A stretch of 63,537 bases of DNA, filler included. It is 11 parts of 11 records of this genome, joined end to end, with 100 filler letters (N's around TTAATTAATTAA, not from the genome) between each part and the next. Parts side by side here need not be neighbours in the genome. Positions count along the whole stretch, not along the records: positions 16,303 to 25,030 come from SRR15195285_3599; positions 25,131 to 28,478 come from SRR15195285_3618; positions 28,579 to 36,780 come from SRR15195285_3621; 8 more parts are not named here. One strand, given 5' to 3'. This document shows positions 22,770 through 32,000 of this stretch, in pieces. Position numbers and translations under genes: made by a program. The notes below the pieces were generated by a model. The model was not told the origin of the DNA and searched no databases. It was given only the letters and a program-made list of their open reading frames with translations. Positions within the stretch are counted from its first letter, which is position 1, and each line of letters starts with the position of its first letter.

Positions 22770-24446
22770 ATGGTCACGAAGGCCTCGATGGTTGAGGGTG
22801 AGGCGCCGGCTGCGAAGAAGCGCCGAGGCCGGCGGGTCAAGGTCCAGGGCGTGTTCCATGCGAGCGCCGCCAGGCACCGCATGGCGTGGGGGACGGAGAA
22901 AGGGCCACAGACTGAAAAGGAGAAGCAGGCCGCGAAGCGGCTCGTGGCGGAGCAGCGGGCCGCGGCGGATCTGATTGCGCAGACAGCGCAGTCGCTGGAG
23001 CGCGACTACGGCGTCAGCTCGCCGGGTCGTGACTCACGGCTGGAGCAACGGCTGAAAGTGGAAGCAACGAGCGCCAAGGGAGCGCTCCGCTTTCGAAATG
23101 CTATCGACGGCGCGCGCGGCACGCGCGTGCTGGGCTACTACGACGGCACCCCGTGGTTGCTGGTGCGTGACGAGGAGGAGCGCCGTGAGTTCTTCTACAA
23201 CCCAGGCGCGCGCGAGGCGACCTGGGAGGAGCCGCCGGAGCTGCAGGCGGAAAAGCACACCGGCTCTACTGACAGCGAGCGTGCTTCAGCAGCGAACCGG
23301 GCGATAACGAGCATTACGCGCTCGATGCGGGGACGCACCAAACGACGGCGCCAGATTTTGGCAGCGTACGCCAAGTGCGTGAAGCGGCTGAGTGGCGGGT
23401 ATCCCGACTACGTCAACCGTCGGCTCTGCTTCGTCGAAGACATTATCACGGCGAGCATGACCGGGCTAGTTGCCGTGTTGGCGTACATGCGCTCTGAGGG
23501 GGTCGCGAACATCTGGGTCGGAGCCGGCGTTCAGACTAGCCGAGAAAGACATGGAGACGATTGGCACGGCGGCTCGGATGCGATCAGAGGTTCGGCGGGC
23601 ATCCCAGTGGACCTAATTCTGCTGATTTTGACGTGTGGGTCCAAAATCTTGCTTTGCCTGGGCCCCCAGGATGGCGGTGCTCAAGCAGTGGCACAGATGT
23701 GCTGCAATATCGACTTTCAGCCACTGCCAGGGCATGCCAGGCAGCTGCAGCAGCTCTTTCAGGCCATCGCGTTCTGCGCTCTCAGCGTACTTTCGTTGGG
23801 GCTCCCATTCTTCTGTTTCGTATGGACCTTCAGCTTCAGTCTATGGTTACTGATCGCCGGCTTTTTCAAGTTTGATCCCATTTGGATCGTTGCTGGGTAT
23901 GCTGCGGAGAAGGAGGTGGCTTGGTTGACGCCCCCGCCAAGATTCTGCAAACCACTGGCGAGAAATCTAGCTTCCATTCAGTACGGATTTGGCGGGGCAA
24001 CATTGGTATGGGCTGGTGTGGATGGCGAGCGGGGCCTGCTGCGGCCTCCAACGAGAACCTCCGTTCGTTGCCGATGCCTGCATCGTCGGGCTGCGGATGC
24101 TGCTGAGAAGTACCAGCATGGTGGCCTTCCAATGCCAGGGCTTGATGACGAATCTGACAGTGATGTAGATGCCGAAGCAGCTGCAGGAGGGCCACAGCCT
24201 GAGCAGATTCAAGACGTTGGTAGCGACGAGGATGAAGGCAAAGGTGCCGATCTTGTCCATGATGCTCACTCTGATGGTGCTGATGACAAAACCGGGGGGC
24301 ATAATGGCCCAGTACCGGATGCCGGAGACGCATCCGATTCCAGCCTTGATGTTGCGTCGTCGGCTGCTCCCCCGGGTGCCAGCACCAGCAGTCGGGATAC
24401 ATCAGCGGAAACTGAGGAGGCTGCAGTGTCTGATATGCGTAGTTGA
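22770..24446 (+). CDS. WW-like domain membrane protein with acidic tail; probable in-frame intron 23517-23669
   Basis: W...EFFYNP..REATWEEP is WW-like. Hydrophobic helices (IAFCALSVLSLGLPFFCFVWTFSFSLWLLIAG). A 153-nt GT...CTAAT...CAG segment interrupts the frame without stops. Confidence 0.7.
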   Translation: MVTKASMVEGEAPAAKKRRGRRVKVQGVFHASAARHRMAWGTEKGPQTEKEKQAAKRLVAEQRAAADLIAQTAQSLERDYGVSSPGRDSRLEQRLKVEATSAKGALRFRNAIDGARGTRVLGYYDGTPWLLVRDEEERREFFYNPGAREATWEEPPELQAEKHTGSTDSERASAANRAITSITRSMRGRTKRRRQILAAYAKCVKRLSGGYPDYVNRRLCFVEDIITASMTGLVAVLAYMRSEGVANIWVGAGVQTSRERHGDDWHGGSDAIRGSAGIPVDLILLILTCGSKILLCLGPQDGGAQAVAQMCCNIDFQPLPGHARQLQQLFQAIAFCALSVLSLGLPFFCFVWTFSFSLWLLIAGFFKFDPIWIVAGYAAEKEVAWLTPPPRFCKPLARNLASIQYGFGGATLVWAGVDGERGLLRPPTRTSVRCRCLHRRAADAAEKYQHGGLPMPGLDDESDSDVDAEAAAGGPQPEQIQDVGSDEDEGKGADLVHDAHSDGADDKTGGHNGPVPDAGDASDSSLDVASSAAPPGASTSSRDTSAETEEAAVSDMRS

Positions 24447-24556
24447 ACAAATTAAATTGGCTCGCAGCGAGTACACAAGTATCGCACTCTTGAGTAACTG
24501 TCTACTGTGGGTACATGCCGAGTTTTTTTTTGCTTCACAGATCAGTTCCGATATCA

Positions 24557-25030
24557 TCACACAGCCCAAGGCCGACTCGGATCGGTAGACACGCTCGGCT
24601 CAGTATTGTAAAACCTGGCGAACTGGTCAAGCAGAAACTTTACGACGACACGGACGCCACCCGACACTAAGCCCGAGCCAGGTGTGTTCACCCGCAGCGT
24701 CAGAAAAGAATCGTCGCGTGTCGGCGCCTTGAACCCTTTAGCATCCACAGGTTTTGCCAGCGAGTGGCGCGCTCCCCATCCAAAGGCAGTGCCTCCGCCA
24801 TACGCACCGCGTGGCAAGCTTGAGGTTCCATGATTCACCTGTGTGCAGCTAACAGCTTGTACCAGGGCTCCGACCTCACCTTTGTCCACGAGCTCCGGTG
24901 GCAGAGTAGGCGAAGCCACAGCTTTGGCTTCGGCATGTGGGAACAACTCAGCAATCGGCAGTAGCCCGACATCAAACGTAGTGCTGTGCTGTTCAATGAC
25001 AGATTCTTTCTGCAGTTTATCGATCAACTC
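24557..25030 (-). CDS. 3' end of an unknown gene (5'-truncated, probably with introns)
   Basis: Open frame from the contig edge with GTGAGG/CACAG splice-like sites. Exon structure not resolved. Confidence 0.45.
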   Translation of the reverse strand, partial: ELIDKLQKESVIEQHSTTFDVGLLPIAELFPHAEAKAVASPTLPPELVDKGEVGALVQAVSCTQVNHGTSSLPRGAYGGGTAFGWGARHSLAKPVDAKGFKAPTRDDSFLTLRVNTPGSGLVSGGVRVVVKFLLDQFARFYNTEPSVSTDPSRPWAV

Positions 25031-25130
25031 NNNNNNNNNNNNNNNNNNNNNNNNNNNNNNNNNNNNNNNNNNNNTTAATTAATTAANNNNNNNNNNNNNN
25101 NNNNNNNNNNNNNNNNNNNNNNNNNNNNNN

Positions 25131-25450
25131 AGTGTCGGCGCGCTGGCACAATCTATTAATCCACCAGTCATTTGTATAGCAGCTCTGTTCACTTCGATAG
25201 TGTGTGCAGAATCCCAGCTGCGGTCTGGCATGCCTGCCAGAGTGTTGAGTACGTCAAATTGTTCGTTGCTCTTCGGGTCAGCCGTCGCCAGCTCACCAGC
25301 GATGCTCTCAGTGTCCACACGCCCTTTCTGTTTGATGAGTGGGCGCGAGTTGTTGCTGCCACTTTGCGACCGCAGGCGTTTGTTGTGCGAGTAGTGCTGA
25401 CGCTGACTCTGCGAAGGCGTTGGGATTTCTGTTGCCTGTCGAGCACGCAC
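25131..25450 (-). CDS. Possible 5' part of an unknown gene, truncated
   Basis: Frame open to the contig edge, downstream of a CG-rich promoter-like tract at 25640-25710. Confidence 0.35.
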
Positions 25451-25800
25451 GGTTGGTGTTTACAAACGAAATTGATGCCGACAGGCAGCGAGGAAGCCGT
25501 ATCAACGGAGCCTTGATCAAGAAATTTGCCAGTGGTGGCGACACAATCGTAGCGAGGCCACTGTATACGCGCAGCAGCGAAATGGTCGAATTTTGCCCGC
25601 CGCAACTTTTCTCAACACGCGCACAACACCGCTTTAGAACCGCACGGCGCTCCGCACGCGCTCCGCGCTCCGCTCGGCTCAGACGCGCGCGCTCTGCCCG
25701 CGCCGACTGACACACACGATGCTGGCGCGCAGAACTCGCCAACGTACGTGTCGCAGGACAGCGACCGACCAGCAAAACACCATCGACATGTTTTCGAAAT

Positions 25801-26282
25801 TCAACCCGGCATCGCCCCAGCCGATGCCGTTGGGCTCCGCCCCACTATCGTTGCTCGCAGCTGGTTCGAATGGTCGGCGAGCGCGGCGCGGCGCTGCGGG
25901 GGTGCGCTCTGCAAAAAACCGTATCTCGAAAAAGTGCCATAAACAGCAGCAGAAGACTCGCCATGGCCTTGAGCTCCGTCTGGACGCGTGCCATCTGTTG
26001 GATGTGCTTGGTGATGTCGAACGAATTGAGCTCGGTGTTGATGAGCCGGGTCTCTTTGGCGTAGGTCGTGTTCGTATATTCGAACCTGCCAAGTAGCGCC
26101 GGTCGTATCTCCGTCTCGAACCGAATCGGTCGGTCGACCTTATTGTCGTCGCGGAGGTCTGCCTTCAACTCGTCTCGCAAGTATTTGACCAGCTTGGTCG
26201 GATTCTCGAACCGAGCATATGCCTCACCTGAGGTGACGGGGTCTCCTGAGTTGTAGTCACCCATGAGCTCCAATGGCGACAT
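25801..26282 (-). CDS. Small hypothetical protein, probably with a 53-nt GC-AG intron (25961-25909)
   Basis: Protein-like ORF MSPLELMGDYNSGDP...ELKAM, then G|GCGAGT...TTTTTTGCAG, then 35 codons to TGA at 25801. The true start may be upstream. Confidence 0.5.
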
Positions 26283-26534
26283 CCCAAGCTTCGGCGCTGC
26301 AAAATAGGCTATCCACAATCTACCTAAGATCTACCTCCCGACGATATGTATCGCTAACATCATCGGCCAAGTGGCAACCGGCGCATGGGGCAAGGACCGG
26401 GAAGGACGAGTCTGGCCTGCGCCAAAAGATTGGAGCGACACATCGCAAACACCTTCTATTTTGTTTCTACCCTAACTTCACGGACGAGTGCGTTGACGTA
26501 GCTGTGGGACCCGCGATATATCGGGATTTCAACA

Positions 26535-28026
26535 TCAGCTCGCGCGAGTCCGCTCTTCAGCAACATGGCGAATGATTTTTAGCCGATCCCCAGGAGATAC
26601 AACACCCACCTTCTCGAGCTCCATCGAAAGCAACTGCAAGTCACAATGTACAATTTGTTTGGCATCGCGATATTCAATCGGCGCACGCACACACACACGC
26701 ACACACAACACAAAGGGGGCTTCGCATGATTGTCGTCGGCGCACCATGTCGTCGTCCACTGCAACGAGGAGTGCGAGGTCTACACCAGCTGCTTTCAACT
26801 TATCTTTGTGCTCGTCAAACGTCGTGGCGCACTGTTGAGTCAAAGTACTGTTCGCACTTGCTCCCAGGTCGACAGATGTATGGTCCGTGTCAACGCAGTC
26901 ACAGCAGCACCAGTCACAGCACCACCTTTTCTTGACCATCCATAAGGTGATCATCATGGGGGCACCGAACCCCAAAAGCATGCACCCGAAGGTGTACGAC
27001 TTCGAGCGAATTAGACCCGCGTGAATCATTCCAGCCCCAATAGGAATACGCTGCCTATCAACGTGAAAGGTCTCCACAATCGCCTTCGAGGTGTCGTTGT
27101 AGAAGTTGCCAGGATCATAGCGAGGAAGTACGATCTCATCGACTGCAACGATTTGCCAAAAAAAGGAAAAGTTCCCGCAAAAGAAGCACAGGTAGGATGC
27201 TGCGATCCACCACCGGAAGTGCTTCATCCTATGCAACAAATTCGAGACACGGCGAAGCTGGCCTCAGGTTTCAACCTGCCGCACGACAACATGTTGAATC
27301 CGGGTGACCACGCACCAAGTTTGGAAAAAAACAGGATCTTCACGACAGTTGCTGTAGTTCAGCGATGCGTAGCAACCAGTCCCTATCGAAAGGCCTGTAA
27401 AATAAAAAAAAGTTTGCCCATGCACCGCGAATACTAAAAAAGCACGAAGGAATAATTGAGCCAATGTCAGTGAGCCCGTTACATGTCATCTTCTCTTTGA
27501 TTTCTTGAGGGCGTACTGAAGATTCGTACTCAGCATGCATCTTGTCTGCTTTGAGAAAGTCGTCGTGGCTGAAGCTTGTGGTCATCGATACTGAGAAACT
27601 AAGCATAAATGCGATAAGCAGCAGAATGAGGTTGAGCAAACTTTCCGCATCGTCTACGGTGTGCCGCAACCCAACACGCGGGGGTTCTGGTGGTAGTGTG
27701 TCTGCCGTGATTTCATTCCTTTGATGAGTGCGATCCTCGGGCCACACAGCCGCGTTGCTGCCATCATTTGACGGCTTTGAAGAAGGCATTGGCTGGCTCG
27801 GAGCATCCGGGCCAGAGGGACCAAACGCTTCCTCACGCTGTGCTTTAACCCGTTCCATCTCTGCTTCCACTACCGCACGAAATTGTTCGGCCTTGCGCAC
27901 CCGTTCGTCTTGGACCTGCGTCTCAACAGCCTTGGAGTTTGCCTGCTGATTGTCTCTCGAGCTCGCCCGCCCAGGTGCTGCAGAATACGGCGATGGGCGC
28001 AGAGCGCCTGAGTCGGTGGGGTCCAT
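26535..28026 (-). CDS. Multi-pass membrane protein with C-terminal SAM-like domain
   Basis: About four hydrophobic helices. Introns 27315-27229 and 26744-26634; removing the latter gives DLALL..DDDM-LLSMELEKVGV.SPGDRLKII (SAM-like). One frame break at 27395-27425. Confidence 0.7.
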
Positions 28027-28408
28027 CGCCAGTGACCGAGGTCGCCAGTGACCGAGGTCGTCACAGGCCGAGGTGGTACACTTAACAGGCCGTTCAGTCT
28101 GGCTGATGTTCTGCGCTGTCGTCAAATGCCTGTCAGTCGACAGGTGTTCTGCCGGCGAGGCCAGACAGGGTCTGGCCGGAGCAACTGTAGCGCTATGCTG
28201 GGTGGGCTGACGTACCGCCGCTACTCCGCCATTACGAGACGGTGGGACTCCGGCGCCGCCAAACTGCTCCGGACCCTGCGCAAAACGGCCTCCAGGCCGG
28301 TCTCAGCGGCCCCACCGCAAGCGGCAGGCCGCGAGCACCAGCGCGCCTGTGTGCCCCCGTGCGTCGATCAGAGCCCCAGTGCCCAGGTTGTGATTGGGAT
28401 AGTTATAG

Positions 28409-28476
28409 GTTATAGGCTCAATACTAATTAGTATTGGGATTGCGGCTTAGTTATAGGCTCAATACTAATTAGTATT
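28409..28476. repeat. 27-bp direct repeat x2 (period 41) containing the palindrome AATACTAATTAGTATT, at a contig end
   Basis: GTTATAGGCTCAATACTAATTAGTATT at 28409-28435 and 28450-28476. Confidence 0.9.
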
Positions 28477-28578
28477 CGNNNNNNNNNNNNNNNNNNNNNN
28501 NNNNNNNNNNNNNNNNNNNNNNTTAATTAATTAANNNNNNNNNNNNNNNNNNNNNNNNNNNNNNNNNNNNNNNNNNNN

Positions 28579-28685
28579 AATGAAATTGTCATTGTCATTG
28601 TCATTTTTCAATAATCCGGTGTGTGTACCGTACCTGGGTACTGGTACGTGTACCTGAGGGTACACATTTTTATGCATGCCCGGGC
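28579..28685 (-). repeat. Dispersed non-coding element, copy A
   Basis: Reverse strand reads GGGCATGCATAA..TGTACCC..GTACACGTACCAGTAC..ACCGGAT..(TGACAA)3, collinear with 54362-54525. Confidence 0.55.
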
Positions 28686-29053
28686 GCTATCGGCTTGAAA
28701 AAAGTGTTGAAATGTGAAAAGCAAAATGGAGCCTGATCAAGAGTGTCTGAGTGAGTCGTGTTATGAGTGTCGTGCTTGCTCATGTGCGGCAACCACGCGG
28801 CCCAGAAATGACGGGGCCGCGCGATAATCCTCACGCTCACCGATCGATCAGTAGCTCTCCACCATCGCAGCGTGCACTGCAGTAGTGCTGGCCCCCGGAG
28901 GTGAAGAGCGAACCAGGCGGAGGAGGGAGGGAGGGGAGGCCCGAGGGAAGCCTGGGCTTTGCAGGCTGCGTGGCGTACGGTTTGCGCAGGGCGTGGTGGC
29001 TGGTGGGCGGCTGCTGCTGGGCAGGCTGGCGGTGAGTTTTTGAGGGGCTCAAG

Positions 29054-32000
29054 ATGGCGGAGGCGGAGGCGGCGGCGGACGAGGGGGGCAAAGAGGCCGA
29101 TGTGATCACCGTGGCGTGCCCGAGGGGGAACTCGGCGGGGGATTTGCTGCTCGTGGAGGCGGAGGATGGGCTCGAGATCGAGGTGGAGGTGCCGGTGGGC
29201 ATCGAGGCGGGGCAGGAGTTCGAGGTGAGCGTGCAGGCGGCGCTGGCTGCGATGAAGCGCTCGCTTGTTCTCCAGCTGGAGGCGCTCGACCGAGAGCAGG
29301 AGGGTGTGGCAGCTCGCCAGGCGGCGCAAGACTTCCCGCCGTCATCAGGCGAGCTAGAGGACATTCCTCCTGTGAGCGATCCGGCTGCCAATGTGGCAAC
29401 GTACGAGGTGGGTGCTGTGCACGCGACCGCTCGTGACGCATTCGGCGACCTGGTGGTGGTCCCACAGCCCGGTGCGAGCGAGTCTGATACCACTGCGCCG
29501 ATGATCGCGTCAGTGCCGCAACAGCTCCCGCTGGACGAAGGTAGCGGCCTCGTGACCGCGGCACTGGTTCCCGGGGACGAACTGCGCAGTGCCACGGAAC
29601 GCCTGAATCGGATGGAGACCGGTGAGCTGCCGACGGAGTTCATCACAAGCCCTGTGCTGTGGAAGCAGAAGCTCGAAGATGCAGTTGAGGACGCGCAGCG
29701 AAATGATGAGCAGCAGCGGCGCTGGCGGGTTGCGCAGCAGCTTGCACACTCATCTGTGTCAATATACGGCTCAGAAACGCCGATGGACAACGATGGGGCC
29801 ACTGGCACTCATAGTTCTGGCTGCGGCGAACTCGAGGACTGTGACATTGTCGCGCATGCAGGTGAGGAAGTCTTGAAGGGTGTGATGCACGGTATGCGTG
29901 TACCAGACAGGTTCCGCTGCCTCTTTTTGCCACAGTCGGGTCAGCAAACCGACTCTGAGAAGAGTGCTACTGCGGGACACCGTCGCCAGCTGGCTGAGCT
30001 GTTTGCAATCCAAATTGCGGAGCAATTGCAGCGTGAGCTGACCGAAGTCACTGTGCACCGTATACATCTGGAGAACGGCGGTCTTACAGTTGAGTACCAG
30101 ACGACCTCACAGCGGCACGCACATGCTCCTATAGTAGCGCCGATGTCATCTCCTGGGGATTCTGAGCGCGTTGCAGGTGGCGGCACTGAGCTTCATACGT
30201 ACGCGGCACAGGGTGACGAGAAGAGTGTCCGGGTACTACTGGACCAAGGCTATACTGCCGATACCAGGGACTCGCGCCGTCGCACGCCGCTGCATTTAGC
30301 GGCAAATTTTGCGGTGGCAAAAACGCTGGTACAAGCTGGCGCTCCGGTTAACGTAGTCGATCGGCAAGGCAACACTCCGTTGCATGCTGCGGTAAAGCCG
30401 CAAATCGTAGTACTGCTGCTTGAAAAGGGCGCCAAAATCAACGCAGCGAATAAGTTTGGCTCGACACCACTCCATCTCGCTGCCGCAGGTTCGTCAGCTG
30501 TGACAGAGGCGCTGCTCAACGCACACCCTCCTGCGGATGTACATGTACGTAACTCTGGCGGAGAAACACCACTTCACATGGCAACGGACGCTGCGACGGT
30601 CAGATTGCTCGCACATGCAGGCTGTGATGTTGGTGTCGCTATACCCCGGGTTGAAATTGTCGCCCCGCCAGCCAGAAAGTTCGTACGAACAAAGGAGCAG
30701 CAGAGGGCATTTACGAGAGGTGTCCGTCTGGCAGCTGCGGGGGAGTGGGTAGAGGCTTTGCGACAGTGGGACGCGCTACGCGAGGGGGGAGAGTGCGCGA
30801 ACGAGCCCCTCGACCCCGCCAATCCGCTGTGGCTTGCTTGCCAACGCAAATGCATCGAGATTGAGAAGAGTCGAGGACGGCTTGCTCAGGCACTAGATCG
30901 CTTAAACCAAACAATTGGGCTGCTATGCGCGAGCGATCCCACTCTCCTTGTAGAACGGGCAGCTGTGCTTATGGACGTTGGCAGGCTGCACGACGCTCAC
31001 AACGACCTTGAGACGGCGGGGCAAGTGGAGTTCATTCTGGACAGCGGCGACGCAAAAGGGCTCAGTGAGCTCAGGGAGGAGTTGGCAGCTATGCGTGCCG
31101 CGGCTCTTCGTACAAGCTTCGGGGCAGTCCACGTCCGTGGCCACTACACGCCTTTGCACACGGCGAGGAACGGTGAAGTCGTGGCCGCACTAATCCAATT
31201 GCGCGCAGATGTGCATGCCCAGACGGAATTCCGGGTAACTCCGCTTCACTGTGCGTGTGATGCACAGGCTGTGCAGGAACTCATTAGGGCAAAAGCACAC
31301 GTCAACGCTAGTGCAGTCAACCATCGTACACCGTTGCATGCTGCTGCCGCTCGACAGCACGGCAGCCAGGCTATTGTCAAAGTCCTCCTGGAGCACAAGG
31401 CCAACCCCAATGCTGGGGACAAGTACCGCGAGCGCCCGCTTCATCTGGCACACGACCCGGGGGTATGTCAACTTTTGGTTGAGTACAAGGCCAAGATTGA
31501 TGCTCAGGACGTCCACGGTCAAACAGCGCTGCATATCGTGGCGGCGGCTGCCGCGAAAGCTGAGCTTGCTGTCGCAGATTCTGTAGACCCTAGGGAAGAT
31601 GTCGAGCAGCGCGTAGTCGATGCCACAATGCTCCGCGAAAGTGCTGAGCAATTCACTCGAGATGCTGTGCAGCAACAGCACACGCGAATGATCGAGACGC
31701 TGATTACGCTCGGTGCAAGTACAAAGATTTCTAGCAAGTCTGGAGACACGGCCCCAGACATGGCGCTCAGGTTGTGTGCTCGTGAAACAGCTCGGAAACT
31801 CGGAGCGAATATAGCTGATCTTGAGATGGACGAAAAGTTGGAGTCTTCGTCATTGCCAGCCAAGATTCCCACAGACTCGGAAGACAGCAGTCAGCTGCTG
31901 CAGGATGAGCAGCGCGAAGAAGCCGAGCTGGCACATCAGTCGTTGCAAGCAGAGCGTATGCAAGGTATCGAAGAGCAGCGGAAACGTGCTGCGCGGTGGC

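Noticed and set aside
28409..28476. CRISPR array
   Set aside because: Only two repeats, a 14-nt spacer, no cas genes and a eukaryotic context.
28837..29808. Long antisense or alternative-frame ORFs (also 15167..15982, 22045..22764, 57141..57833)
   Set aside because: These are expected shadows of GC-rich coding sequence and carry no recognisable motifs.
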